Notes under the pieces: model-generated
What the model saw: only the letters and a program-made list of their open reading frames with translations
The model's database searches: none
Told to the model about the DNA's origin: nothing
Made by a program: the position numbers and the translations under genes
Assembly (NCBI GenBank): GCA_030141605.1
Contig: JAQGDQ010000796.1
Coordinates: 30,884-94,883 of the forward strand
Length of the DNA: 64,000 nucleotides
From: Tubiluchus corallicola
Taxonomy: Eukaryota; Animalia; Priapulida
Direction: 5' to 3'
Shown here: positions 27,447-41,156 of the stretch, in pieces
Layout: each line of letters starts with the position of its first letter
Numbering within the stretch: the stretch's first letter is position 1

Positions 27447-28046
27447 TTAAAGCACAAGAAAACCCTCCACTTGCATAAAGCTTAAAAATTCGTCTTGAAA
27501 TTTTGTACCACTTTAAGCAGGGCTTCCGCCGGCAGTAACGCTGTATCAAGCTTATTAAAGGACCTAGTAAATTTAGCCCCTGCTATGAGAATTCGTAGCG
27601 CACATGTTACTAATTAAGTAAAATTTTAAATTACTGTATCTTGTCAATAAGATTAAAATACGTTTTTGGCTAGCGAGTGGCGCACCCTGGAGGGTGAGTC
27701 AGCGACATTTTACCAGTTGGTACAAACTTTTTAAATCATTATTTCTAGTTACATAAGTCTTTCAAGCAGGTAAGCGAAATGCTAAGTAATATAGATTTGC
27801 ATGGAGCGTTTTTTGAGACATAGTTTAACATTGCCTTTTCTTCCCCCTGATTTACGTTGTGCGTAGGTGACGTCATGTAATGGCGCCGTCGGAACAGTAT
27901 TGTGGGAGATTTAAACTGAAAACAAACGAAATTAATGTTCTTTTCAACGCGAGTACGATATATGCATAAAATTGCTATAAAAATATAATTTTTAAGGGCG
28001 ATTTTTCTGAAACCTACTTCAGGTGCCCCCTTTTCTTGTCCTTTAA
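27447..28046. mobile_element. Kolobok-like non-autonomous DNA element
   Basis: TTAA|AGCACAAGAAAA...TTTTCTTGTCCT|TTAA; several copies in the window. Confidence 0.7.
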
Positions 28047-29404
28047 AGTTAAGTTGGATAAACATTGGACACTTTTATCCTTCCCATTTTTTCTTTTTTC
28101 TCTCTTGCTTTGCCCCCTTCCTCCTTCATTCTATTTCTCCCACTCTTTGCATTGTTTTTCTTTTTCTCTTATTCTTATTTTTATTCTGTTTTATCTTCGT
28201 CTTTTTTTATTCGTCTTTTCTTTTCTTTTTCGCCTCGTTGTTTTTTGTTCTTTGTTTTCCTTTGTTCTTGTTTTTTCTAATGTGTCAACCTCCATGTTCC
28301 TTAGTCATCTTTTATGGATCTTCAGTTGTTGTTTTTTTTGCCTTTTACTCCTTGTTCTCGCTCTTTTGTTCTTCACTTCCTGTTTTCTTTTACTATCTTT
28401 TCTTCTCTTTATTATTTTTTCTTGTTTCTTTTCCATTACTATTTGCTTTTCTTGTTGTATTTCCTTTCCATCTTCTTTTCGCTGTACAAAAAAGTCTTTC
28501 AACAAAAGACATTATAAACGCCCACAAGTTCAAATAGAGAAAGAAATTAAATTAAATTAAAAATACAACAAACATTTATTTCATTTACATATATATTGTA
28601 TATATACACGGTATATATTGTACATAATACAATATTGTATATATATATATATATATATATATACAAGTTTTCACAGAGGTATTGGGTAACAACGTTGTAC
28701 AGTTTCTGTATTTAAACTGTCCAAACATCTTTACCTCCGAACCAATTTGTACCCTTTTCCTGCACACCTGTTGTGTTTTGTTTCTCTCATAAGGCTCGTA
28801 GAGAAAACCAGAAAACACGTCGTCAAATCAAACTAGTTTATTAAGCGAGAATTCTACAACACAAAAGTATGAAGGAACGCGAAATGTTTACAGTAAATGT
28901 GATCATCTGGAAACGTGAAAGCGAGAAAGCGTATCTGAGAATGTGAGAATACAAGAGAATGTGAGAGAATAAACTTCAGCGGCTTGTATATCAGTGCCAG
29001 GGAACAATCTAGAAATAGAAAGTTCTAGAAACTTCTACAAGGTAAGAAGATTGTTCTACTATACTATAGAACATTCTACAACGTTCTATTTAATTCTAAT
29101 GGATCTCCACAACAACACCAATTATTTCAGAAACTAATTTGTGAGGGGAAAACGAATTCCTAAAATGAAATTAACAGCCAACGCCCACATAAACGAAGGC
29201 ATGGCTTCTATTCCGACACAAACCTCGGCAACGTTACAAACATTTATGGTCATGTTCACGCAACGTGCTTTTAAATTACAAAAATCAACATTGCAAGAAG
29301 CAAACTAGACAGATACCAAATTTAATTGTAAACTTGTGACGTGTGACACGAAGCCAAACGAGAGAAAAATTAAAGTTATGGTGTCGCCAACATTTCGTTC
29401 TCTC

Positions 29405-29940
29405 GTCATCATGATCCAATGAATCACACGTCCAGTGACATGATTCTGCTCACCTCCCTATGCCAGGACTCCCTGCTCGCCGCAATGCCCCAAGTGCATT
29501 TATTTCTAAGGATCAATGCTGAAGTGTTTAAATCTTTCTGTGCAAAATCTAAATATGTTAACATTTGTCCTCCTGTAGGTTTTTTAGCTGGTTCTATGGC
29601 TTGTTGAAGAGCTACCTTCACTGGAATATCAACAGGTAGTCTAAGCATATGCCCAATCCATCTTAAACGGCGTCTTTTTATTTTTCTTGTCCAAGGTTCT
29701 TCTTTTATTTTTTCATATAGATCTTTGTTTGAAATTTTCCTTGGCCATCTAATACCCAAAATGTTTCTGTAATTTCGCCTTTGAAACGTTTCGATTTCAG
29801 CTTTATGATTTGCTTTTAATGTCCAGAGTTATACAGAAATACAGTTTCAACTAAGGCTGAGAATATTCTAATTTTTGTTTCAAAGAAATCTTGCTATTCT
29901 CAAAAACTTTTGTGGGTTTTGAGTAAGCTGATAATGCCAT
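29405..29940 (-). mobile_element. RTE-like LINE 3' fragment
   Basis: WPRKISNKDLY...IKRRRLRWIGHMLRLP, typical of the post-RT region. Confidence 0.75.
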
Positions 29941-31357
29941 TATCTGACTAAAGCCAGTGAGTGGGTAATAACAGAAACCTTCGCAGCAAACACGAACAAT
30001 TATACAGTAAACGACAGCTACAGACATCGTTTACTGAATAAGAATGATACGTTTATTAACCATGACATAACTTATTTTGACCATCTAATAGACCGCCATT
30101 GACTGTAATTTGGTGCTGATTAAAGACGATTAACTTTCGTCTCTTTCGTGGGGAAAACAAAACACTTTTTCGCAATTTATTTAACCCGATTCCAGGGATG
30201 AAATATGCGTGGTGACAGCAAATTTACTCGTTTCGAATTCCACTGGGATTTAGGTAATAACGTCATTTTTATTTGGATTTCCATACCCCATAAAAGGAAA
30301 TAATGCTGCGTGTGTTCCAAGCACATTCTAATCGGAATTGAAATTAAATATAAATTAAGCACGTGATCAAATCTTGCGAGGCGCTTATTTAAAGGCTATT
30401 ACACTAATTTTACGAGACACTAACTTTCTATTGCTTACAAGACGCAGTCTGTTCTAAGCTTAAAGGAAAACGGGACGATTTTTCATATAATACCCCAATT
30501 TGAAGTACAGTAAAAAAGTATACATTTTAACACGTGTACTGATGCCAAAACGTTTCTGGTAATTTAATAACAAGTTAAAAATTTAAGCGAGCACAGTTAG
30601 TGATGACGTCACAACTGAACATAATTTTCAACAATACATGCATTCCACGAGCACATTAAACTTGTTGAAAGCTCCGTAAATTTTAAGTTTACCGCTGTGC
30701 TCACGCATGAGCCCTTGAACGTGTGCACTGCATCATAACTGAACACCTCTGAACTGAGCACAGTTAGTGATGACAACAGAACTGAACATAATATTCAACA
30801 GTACATGACTTCCGCGAGCATATCGCACTTGTTCACGAAAGCACCGTAAATTTTAAGTTTAAAATTCAAATTCAAGTTTACCGCTGTACTCATGCATAAG
30901 CCCTCGAACGTGTGCAGTACGTCATAACTTAACACCTCTCATATGAATGCAACGCGTTTCCGAGATGCAAACGCTAGTGCCCATCTAATTAGCAAAAGGC
31001 ATAATGCACGTAACAGTGAATAAATAGCGAAAATTACGTTTTTGTGGTAATAATTCTTTCACGTAAATCATTCTTGAAAAAATAGCATATTCTGTTTCAG
31101 TGTTTTATTGTTTTGTGCTGTAGTTTAACACGGGTCCAGTTTGCCTTTAATTTCAAAAAGAAAATGCTGCAAAGGTTTGTTAATTTATTAAGGAACTGGG
31201 CGGATTTGAAACACAAACCTTCTGTTTATATAGCACAAACATTAGACCACTGACCAAAGCATTCACCTGTGGTCAAGGCTGTCAAAAGTTTATCTACTGG
31301 TCAAACAGTTTAGCATTTTCAAATGTTACACCGCCCACACTTGAGTGATTGTAATTG

Positions 31358-31525
31358 TATTATTATTATTATTATTATTATTATTGTTATTATCATCATC
31401 ATCATCACTACTACTGCTACAACAACAACTCCTACTACCACTCCACTGCCACTACCACTACTATTATTATTATTATTATTATTACTATTATTAATTATTA
31501 TTATTATTGTTATCATCATTATTAT
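31358..31525. repeat. Trinucleotide microsatellite (TAT/CAT/CTA)
   Basis: Directly visible. Confidence 0.95.
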
Positions 31526-32282
31526 TGATTTAGAAACGGCAGTACAATTTCCAATTTTTTAGTAGCATGAAAAATAAGAATATTTACACATTATACAAAT
31601 TAAAAAAAATAAACAATAAATTTTAGTTTGTTCAATTTTTGCATCGAAATTCTTACTAATTGAGTCAGATTAATGAATTATAATCTTAATGTCAATGTCA
31701 GTATGGCGGACAACACATTAATTAAGCAAACACGGCTGCATGTGATGAAAACCAGCTGTTCAAGGGAAAAATAACATTGAGTGACCTTTACAGTCTCAAA
31801 ATAAATTATTTATTAACTTCAGCTTCATCAATAGGAAATTGCAGATAAAATGTCAAAAGATATGCTCAACTGCTAAAAAAAGATTAAAAGCAAAAGTAAT
31901 AATTAAACATCTTTGATTTAAAAATAATAATTCAATAAGTTAGAGAAATAATAATATTAATAATAAGAGTGATAATAAGTTAGAGAAAGAGCAGAAACGA
32001 CTGTATAGAAAAACCAAACTTCATTATAATACAAAGAAGTTTACAAATTTCGGAGGCTTATAACCGCAAGACGAACGTAAGTGCCTGTGGTTTGTTACTG
32101 TGAGACGTAGGTAAAACCAAACTGTTTGTGGTGGTTTACAACTAAGTAAATTACACTTGAACTTAAAAAAACAAACAAATAATCGCAAATGTGCAGAAAA
32201 TTAAAGTTTTGGAGGAAAATTTAGAGTTAAAATGCTAAGTGAACCAATAGAATCAAGTTTTATTCATGTTAAGATGACAATC

Positions 32283-32752
32283 ACTCATATTTCAAATGAA
32301 CAGTACCTGTGATTGCCAAGTAAGCGAGCTCTCTCATATTTCAAATGAACAATACCTGTGATTGCCAAGTAAGCGAGCTCTCTCATATTTCAAATGAACA
32401 ATACCTGTGATTGCCAAGCGAGCTCTCTCATATTTCAAATGAACAGTACCTGTGATTGCCAAGTAAGCGAGCTCTCTCATATTTCAAATGAACAGTACCT
32501 GTGATTGCCAAGTAAGTGAGCTCTCTCATATTCAAATGAACAGTACCTGTGATTGCCAAGTGTGCTCTCTCATATTTCAAATGAAAAGTACCTGTGATTG
32601 CCAAGTAAGCGAGCTCTCTCATATTTCAATGAACAGTACCTGTGATTGCCAAGTAAGCGAGTTCTCTCATATTTCAATGAACAGTGCCTGTGATTGCCAA
32701 GTAAGGGAGCTCTCTCATATTTCAAATGAACAGTGCCTGTGATTGCCAAGTA
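32283..32752. repeat. 49-bp tandem repeat, about 10 copies
   Basis: Unit CTCTCTCATATTTCAAATGAACAGTACCTGTGATTGCCAAGTAAGCGAG. Confidence 0.95.
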
Positions 32753-33334
32753 AATTGATTTTTTGTGTCTAAATTTACGAGATCGTATCTAGCGCGTCAT
32801 TTTTTGAACAACTATAATTTATCATAAATAGTCTCCGGAATACTTTCCAATTTCACACCAGGCAGGAGCACCATGTTATTAGTTGAATTTTATTTTACTA
32901 TAAAAATATGACCATATTACATACTATAGCCCATATACTATAATATTTTCATGATATACTGATAAAAATGAGTATATATCTACGCGCAAACATGCAACAA
33001 GTTTAATATGATTTTTTAGATTAGTAAAACTGTCTATGCCAAAGTATTTTAGAAACTTTGTTATACATGTATCAAAGTCAGCACGTTTATTTTACCTTGA
33101 TAGTCATTACTTACAAAGAACATTAGTCCATAAGGGACTATTCAATCGACTAAAAATCATAATAACACAGACAACAATTAAAGGCTTGAGACTTACAGTA
33201 ATTTTAGAACGATGCTTGTGTCAAAAAATAAAAATACCGATTTACGCATATATTTAGACAACGCTTCTAAATATTTTTTGACTTTGCATAAGAAAACAGC
33301 AAGGGTTGGCAAACTTCTTACATTACTATTATTA

Positions 33335-33795
33335 TATCATTCCTGAGTTTTGAACGAAATTAGGACAAATACCCACTATGGAACAAACTCTGTAATCAAA
33401 CAAGCAATTCTACTTTGGAATTCCCTACCATTACAGGTTAAACAAGTCCCTGTCAGCATTTAAAACAAAATTAAAATCACTAATATTAACCTGATATGAA
33501 ATACCATCACACCAGAGCGACAACATACACACTAATTCAGAATTCATATATCCACGGCCATATTAATTAAATCATAATTTTTTTCATTTTTTGTGCATAG
33601 TTGTAAATACGTTTGATTTTATTCGTCGTTACTTTCCATTACTGCACAGTAGTTTAGATTGCACTGACGCATTTGTCTTTAGCAGTGTAAGTTTTTATTA
33701 ACTAACACTGATTGATCATCTCTGTAAAGTTTTTATCAGTGATTATCAATGTATTTTAATGGCAAATAAAGATTATTATTTATATATATATATAC
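33335..33795 (+). mobile_element. Truncated LINE 3' end (6965 family)
   Basis: Reverse complement of 6975-7430; (TA)n tail. Confidence 0.85.
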
Positions 33796-33986
33796 ATAAA
33801 CTTTAATCCACTTCCTAAATTGCTTCTTAATGAAAATGATACAGTATTTCTGAGAATGTTTTTTGGCGCAGCGAAACATAAATCCATCAGAGAACTATGC
33901 AGAGCCCTAGCTGAACTTAACGTTTGAATATTTACATGAGCTCCATCAAACTACCATCAACACTACTATATTCAACACTAACAGCA

Positions 33987-35303
33987 TCACACTGTGTGCA
34001 CTTGAAAGGTTTTTCTCCCAGTATGACCTCTCTCGTGTCGTCTCAAATTACCAGACCGAGCAAAAGCTGAATCGCACCACGCACATTTAAAAGGTTTTTC
34101 TCCTATATGTGTTCTTATATGTTGTCTCAAACTACCAGACTGAGCAAAAGCAATATCACACTGAGTACATTTAAAAGGCCTTTCTCCTGTATGTCTCCTA
34201 AGATGTGATTTCAAGATACTAGACCGAGCAAAAGCAGCTTCACATTGTGCACACTTGAAAGGCTTTTCTCCAGTGTGACGACTCCTCTCGTGTCGTTTCA
34301 AATTACTAGATACAGCAAAAGCAGCATCACATTGTGTGCACTTAAATGGCCTTTCACCAGTATGTGTCCTGTTATGCTCTTTTAAGTTCCCTGACTGAGC
34401 AAAAGCACTATTACACCACGTACACTTAAAAGGTTTTTCTCCAGTATGACTTTTCATGTGTTCCTTCAAACCATCAGCTCGAGCAAAGGCAGCATCACAC
34501 CACGCACACTCAAAAGGTTTCTCTCCAGTGTGACTTTTCATGTGCTCTTTCAAACCACCGGAACGACCAAAAGCAGTACCACACTCGGTGCACTTAAAGG
34601 GTTTCTCTCCTGTGTGGATTCTTTGATGCTGCTTCAAATGACTTGCTTTAGCAAATGTAACAGGACACTCATCACATTCATAAGGTTTTGCCTTTCCGTG
34701 GCATAGTAAACGTTTCGAAAGCAACTGTATAAAAACTGTCTCATTTTGATCAGAGTCGAACACAGAGTCGCAACTATGACTCTTGAATGGCATATGATCG
34801 TCAAAGTTTTTTACTTTCCCAGCTGAAATTTCATCTTCCGGTGTCACTGATACGCGATCAAGTGTTAGACCTTGTGCACACTCTTCCATGGCATCATCTG
34901 ATACAGTAGATTCACTTTTTACAAGTGTATAAGTTGTTTCCTCACTCAGTCTGGCTGAAACACAACAATCACTTTTCTCGTTCACAAAATGGTTTGAACG
35001 ATTTGTTTCGGATTGTTTCTTCATATAAAATGGTTCATAGGCGTCACTATTTTCCATAAAATCATCTACATATTCAGTCTTAACAAACGTTTCATCAGTT
35101 TGAAATCCACAATCTTCTGCTTCACCATTGCTGATATTTTCCGAATCAGCTGCTGCAACATCGCATTCGGTTTTTACTGGCACATTGTTAATCTCTACTT
35201 TATTGTCTGCTGTTTCATTGCAAGAGTAATCCTCTGTCAAATTCACCACAATTTTGGATTCAAGGCTCGCAGACGAGGGAAGCGCTTTTAAGCCCTCGTC
35301 CAT
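33987..35303 (-). CDS. C2H2 zinc-finger protein with an acidic N-terminus and 8 tandem Kruppel-type fingers
   Basis: Eight CxxC...HxxxH fingers with TGEKP linkers; ATG at 35303 just after a strong acceptor (T-run AG at 35336-35337). Confidence 0.92.
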   Translation of the reverse strand: MDEGLKALPSSASLESKIVVNLTEDYSCNETADNKVEINNVPVKTECDVAAADSENISNGEAEDCGFQTDETFVKTEYVDDFMENSDAYEPFYMKKQSETNRSNHFVNEKSDCCVSARLSEETTYTLVKSESTVSDDAMEECAQGLTLDRVSVTPEDEISAGKVKNFDDHMPFKSHSCDSVFDSDQNETVFIQLLSKRLLCHGKAKPYECDECPVTFAKASHLKQHQRIHTGEKPFKCTECGTAFGRSGGLKEHMKSHTGEKPFECAWCDAAFARADGLKEHMKSHTGEKPFKCTWCNSAFAQSGNLKEHNRTHTGERPFKCTQCDAAFAVSSNLKRHERSRHTGEKPFKCAQCEAAFARSSILKSHLRRHTGERPFKCTQCDIAFAQSGSLRQHIRTHIGEKPFKCAWCDSAFARSGNLRRHERGHTGRKTFQVHTV

Positions 35304-35422
35304 TTTTGGCAAAAATGAAAATGAAGAGACAATTTCTAAAAAAAAAAATTAGAAATCACAGAATGACAATTAGTTGTGAATTTTTAACACAAATTTGTGC
35401 AATATTATATTTTATAAACTAC

Positions 35423-35885
35423 AACACATTCTACACAGTCTTTGCTTTCAGTTTCTGAAATGATGTGTGAACATTCTACATAGTCTTTGCTTTCAGCTCC
35501 CGAAATGATGACAACAATGTGCGAATATTCTACATAGTCTTTGTTTTCAACTCCTGAAATGATGACAATAATGTGCAAACATTCTACATAGTCATTGTTT
35601 TCAATTCCTGAAATGATGACAATAATGTGCAAACATTCTACATAGTCTTTGCTTTCAGCTCCTGAAATGATGACAATAATGTGCAAACATTCTACATAGT
35701 CTTTGCTTTCAGCTCCTGAAATGATGACAATAATGTGCAAACATTCTACACAGTCTTTGCTTTGAGTTCCTGAAATGAAGACAATAATGTTCAAACATTC
35801 TACATAGTCTTTGCTTTCAACTCATGAAATGACAGAAATGATGAGCGAACATTCTACATAGTCTTTGCTTACTGCACTGGAAATG
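35423..35885. repeat. 54-bp tandem repeat, about 8 copies
   Basis: Unit ACATTCTACATAGTCTTTGCTTTCAGCTCCTGAAATGATGACAATAATGTGCAA. Confidence 0.93.
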
Positions 35886-36070
35886 ATGCACTTATATATA
35901 CTTGTAATAAGCCAACCGTTAACAGATATAATGTTTATGGTTGTCACAGAATCCAAATTTTTGCAAAAATATAGAATATGCATTGTTTGCGACACAATGA
36001 ACACATTGCAGCTAGTTTTGTATTACATGAACGAAAGCCAGAATAAGACCAACATCACAATTTAAGACAA

Positions 36071-36472
36071 ATTTATATAGTTACTTTGCTAGCAAGTAAG
36101 TCAAAAAGTTATTTCAAATATCTATCAATAATATTCTTATTCTTACAGTGGATTTATGTAGTTACTTTGCTAGCAAGTAACTCAAATAGTTATTTCAAAG
36201 ATCTACTAATAACATTGTTATTCTTACAGCAGATTTATATAGGTACTTTGCTTGCAAGTAAGTCAAAAAGTTATTTCAAATATCTACTAATAACATTGTT
36301 ATTCTTACAGCGGATTTATATAGTTACTTTGCTTGCAAGTAACTCAAAAAGTTATTTCAAATATCTACTAATAATATTCTTATTCCTACAATGGATTGAT
36401 GTAGTTACTTTGCTAGCAAGTAACTCATAAAGTTACTTCAAAAATCTACCAAAAATATTGTTATTCCTACAG
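36071..36472. repeat. 81-bp tandem repeat, 5 copies
   Basis: GTTACTTTGCTAGCAAGTAA recurs at 81-bp spacing. Confidence 0.92.
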
Positions 36473-36652
36473 TCATATTCATAAGCTCTCTGACAGGTTG
36501 CCATTATATAAGAACATTTGTCCCTCACAGATCTTGGACATGAACAGTGTCATGGTCGCAGATAAAACACAAATTATAAAATGAAAATTTTGGCTTCTGA
36601 GGAACTTTGTGCCAATTAAAAATTAGGGACCCAAATTGTTTATGAGTGCCTG

Positions 36653-37296
36653 TTAAAGCACAAGGAAACCCTCCACTTACATAAAGCTTAAAAAATTTGT
36701 CTTGAAATTTTATACCGCTTACATACTACCTTTTCATATGTATGGCTTGCATCAGCCGTAACGCTGTATAAAACTTGTAAATTTAAACTCCCGCGATGAC
36801 CGTTAGGCGCAGCCATTTTAATGGAAGGTCTTTTGAAACAAGTTAAGATAACATTGTGCAAACTTTGTTTATCAGAGCATTGGTAGCGTACATGTCACTA
36901 ACTAAGTAAAAATTTAAATTACTGTATCCTCTCAATAAGATTAAAATACGTTCTTGGTTAGTCAGTGGTGCACCCTGGTGGGTGAATCAGCGACATTCTA
37001 GTTACATAAGTCTTTCCAGTACGTCAGGGAAATGCTAAGTAAAATAGATTTGCACGGAAAGTTTTTTGGGACATAATTTAACATTGCCTTTTCTTCCCCT
37101 GATTTACGTTTGCGTATATGACGTCATGTAATGGCGCAGTCGGAACAGAATTGCGGGAGAGATTTAAAATAAAAACAAACAAAAATTCCTTTCAAAGCAA
37201 ATACAATATACTCGTAAAATTGCTATAAAGTAAAATAATTTTTATAAGGCGATATTTTTGAAATCAACTTCAGGTGCCCCTTTTCTTGTCTTTTAA
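36653..37296. mobile_element. Kolobok-like non-autonomous element
   Basis: TTAAAGCACAAGG...TTTTCTTGTCTTTTAA. Confidence 0.7.
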
Positions 37297-37473
37297 GTTA
37301 TTTCAGTAAAACAAGTAAACAAATGTCTGTACAGGCAAATTATTATTCTTCATTTTATTTTTTTGGCGGGAGGCTCGCTTTATTAATGGAAGGGCTTTAA
37401 TAAAAGTTCTTCTGAACCTGTTGGCCTTCCCTTTTAACTTTTTACGTTAATAGGAAACTGCTTAAACCAACAG

Positions 37474-37988
37474 CAGGGATGGGAATGACAAATTGCAAAA
37501 AACTCTAAAACAGGCCGGGGGTTTGGGGGCCACCTAGACCCCCCCAATGTGGTTGAGGGGAAAAGCCCCCTGGGAGCCAGTAACGAATTGCAATTTTGTG
37601 ACCATAGAGAGCCTCTAAGTGGGCTTAAAATATCAATTACCTTGTTTTGTGCATAATTTAAAATATCCAACTATCAAGGATACATGATACCTAATTGTCT
37701 CAAAAACGCCTAAGTACTGGACGCTCCTATGCAAAAGTATATAAAAACTGTCTGCAATTGACTCAAATAACTCCGCACAATTGATTCTATATTTTTATAC
37801 ATAGAGATATACACGTGGTTACACTGATGTAAACAAAGTGACGGCCTGCCACCTAGCGGTCAGCTTGTGAAATAATGTACTGTGTCGGTAAAAATTTTCT
37901 CAACGAATTTACGCGATTTACAAAAATGGCACTACTGCTCTTCCAAAAACTCGGAATTCCGCGTATCCGCGGAAAATTCTCATCCCTG
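37474..37988. mobile_element. hAT-like MITE
   Basis: TIR CAGGGATGGGAAT / ATTCTCATCCCTG, flanked by CAACAG on both sides. Confidence 0.75.
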
Positions 37989-38100
37989 CAACAGTCAAAT
38001 TGCCAAGTGACATGAACAAATCACTTTTTTATTTTTACAGTTAGCAGATTTTGTGCGCATCAGTTTTCTTCTTGGTGCTTTTAATAAACAGCTCTTCTAG

Positions 38101-38790
38101 TTAAAGCACAAGAAACCCTTCATAAATATAAAGCTTAAGAAATTCGTTTTGAAATTTTATATTACTTACATACTGCCTTTTTAAAGCAGGAGTTCAATCG
38201 GCAGTCACGCTGTATAAAACAAGTAAATTTAAACTCCCGCGATGACCGTTAGACGCAGCCATTTTTACGACAGATCATTTGAAACAAGTTTAGATAACAT
38301 TTTGTAAAGTTTGAAAAAATAATCAGAGCATTCGTTGCACACAAGTCACTAACTAAATAAAATTTAAAATTACTGTATCTTGTCAGTAAGATTAAAAATA
38401 CGTTTTTTGGTTAGTGAGTGGTGCACCCTGGAGAGTGAGTCAGCGACATTTTACCAATTGGTGAAAACATTTTAAATAATTAATAATTTTCTTTTCTAGT
38501 TACAAAAGTCTTTCTACCAGGTAAGCGAAAATCTAAGTAATATAGATTTGCACGGAGAGTCTTTTGAGATATAATTTAACATTGCCTTTTCTTCCCTTGA
38601 TTTACGTTTGGTACACGACCTCATATAATGGCGACTTCGGAACAGTATTGAGGGAGATTTAAAACGAAAACAAACTAAAATTTCTTTCAGTGCAAGTAAG
38701 ATATACGCATAAAATTGCTATAAAGTAATATAATTTTTTAAGGCGATTTTTCTGAAACCTACTTCAGGTACCCCTTTTCTTGTCCTTTAA
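38101..38790. mobile_element. Kolobok-like non-autonomous element (full length)
   Basis: TTAAAGCACAAGAAA...TTTTCTTGTCCTTTAA. Confidence 0.72.
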
Positions 38791-40587
38791 TACTCTCCGC
38801 CTCTGAGTTTATAGAATTAAAATTGTTGTACATAAAGTGTTACTAGCAATAAGAATGAGACAAATAAATTTAAATTAAATTTTACGAATAACAATTGCGT
38901 ATAATATTATAAACCTGTTAATTCTGAAGCTTTAATTAAAAATCTTAATTAGAACCTTTAATTCACTCTTGTAGCACATAATAAACCCTGTAAATTTTGC
39001 TTTCAGAAAATTCCTGGCGTGTCGACACTATTGCTGAGCTGGACTCACGGAATTTAACATGCGCCAGACATGATTACCGAAAGCTTTTGTTGAAATGTCA
39101 TTGATGTCGCCAGTTAATCGTAAAAACAAAACACATCTCGACATATTAATTATTTAAACCTTTGTAAATACGTTGCTGCTTACACAGAATGTGGCGAAAT
39201 TCTACTTATTTTGTTATTTTTGTAGACATTTTGACGAGTTTATTCTATATAAAGAAGACTACAAGCTGCACGGCCAACCCACACAAAAGCGCAACAACAA
39301 TAGAAGAAACCTTCGATGCTGAAAAATGTCTATGTAAGACGGTTTGATCATAGATAATACATTTGGTGCTCGCACAATAGTGTCTAGGTCAAACTGAACT
39401 GAAAAAAACAACGCCACCGAATGTGAATTCTACGAATTTTGCCAATGTCATAATTATTATTCAAGAGTTCAAACTTCAAACACATAACAAGAAAGGATTC
39501 CTAATAATTATGATGCAGTAGTTGCTGTTGCCATAGCCAATGTTATTGTTTTGCCGTTGTTATTGTTATTGTTATTGTCACTGTCATTGTAGTCCTAATT
39601 CAAGCTGTCCGAAGTGTCTAATTTAGTTTCCGAAGATGTAAATTCTGAACTGGCTTTACAGTTAGTAACACAGGATCACACACCCTTCACTTGCCAAATT
39701 CTAGGCATTTTTCTACTTTTATCTTTTTTACGAAATTTTTCTTTAGTTCAGAAATTTATTTCAGCTTCAAAATCTCGAAATTAGGTCCGATTTAATTTGG
39801 AAAGTTTCAAATTCGATCCGAATTCGCCTTCTGATAGAGAGTACACACCCCTAATTGCATGGTGGGTGCAAGGCAATTGTTTCCTAGGGTCTACTAATTA
39901 AAATACTAAAACATAATAATATGTTATGAAAAAACTCAATTATTTTAAATTCTAGACTGATACGGTACTACCGCCTGCAGCTAGAAATCACGAAAATATA
40001 TCCACGCTATCATTAATTAGATTATGACTTTGAAAACCTAAATGTTCATTAACCATTTCAATTTATTGCTTATGAAAACCAATGTAAAAATTGGTGTTAG
40101 AAATGCGATAACCATTAAGGTTGTGCTAGGTGCGAGCACATGTCATAGGTTGTACTGAAGTGGATCGCTAAGCAGCGGCCGACCAGCTAGTGGCACCTGG
40201 CATTTGTTAGTGTATGTAGTTTATACTAGAGAGAAATGAGTTGTATAATATATGTAAAAAATGAAATTAAGGCAGGTCAGTAAGAATAACATAGCGATAA
40301 ATAAAAGTTTTGGGAAAAAGGTAATGGGAATTGGTTCATACGTTATAGTTTCAGTTATGTGAGAGGTTTTTGCTTTTATGGTTATTGTTAGTTTTTTTAT
40401 TTTTTTAAAGATTATCCGTGTTTATGTTCGGTGCATTGAAATAGATTTTGCTTATCGTTGAAATTTTTATCTCTTTTTTATATTCTCATTTATGCAGGAA
40501 TGTAATTATAATCATAAAATCATTTTGTATTTATTCGGAGAAATTTTATATATACATATACACACACATTATATATATATATACATA

Positions 40588-40812
40588 TCCTTACCTTAGA
40601 CCTTAGTCCTTCCTGCGCATTGATGCACATTGGGCAGACATCATTTTCCACTGAGTTCTATCGGCGGCTTCGTTCTCTACGTTTTCCCAACGTATGTTGA
40701 CAGCTCGAAGGTCTTCTTTGAAGGATCTGCGCCACGTTGTTTTTGGCCGACCTCTTTTTCGTTTCCCACCAGGTGGTTCCCACTGTACTGCTGTTTTGGC
40801 GTAACGACTTTT
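40588..40812 (-). mobile_element. RTE-like LINE 3' end
   Basis: WEPPGGKRKRGRPKTTWRRSFKEDL...AADRTQW; TAAGG-type tail. Confidence 0.75.
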
Positions 40813-41156
40813 TCTATATATATATATATATATATAGATAGTTATAATATTTTGCAAGGAATATGTTATGAAGGAGTAAGGAAGACAAAAACAAATACAG
40901 CTTTTTGGTGTGGTCAGGAGGAACTTGAGAGTCGAGTTTATGTAAAATGTTCATTAACCATTTCGGTTTATTTGGCGACAATTATTACCCTTTTCGGGTA
41001 ATGACTAAACGACTAATTGATGAAAAGCACGAAGAAAAAACTGTGAACCAGTCGTGACTTGTACCCAAACACTGGAATTAGATTTCCCGCACCCTGCCAC
41101 CTGTGCTACCTGGCCGTTTTGTCCAATTTGAATTTTTGTAACAGCACTTCTTTTAG

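Noticed and set aside
28680-29115. Possible solo LTR on the minus strand
   Set aside because: TATA-like and polyA-like motifs are present, but I could not define termini or a TSD
41044-41115. tRNA-like sequence on the minus strand (also about 31193-31255)
   Set aside because: Degenerate stems and B-box; at most decayed tRNA-derived SINE heads
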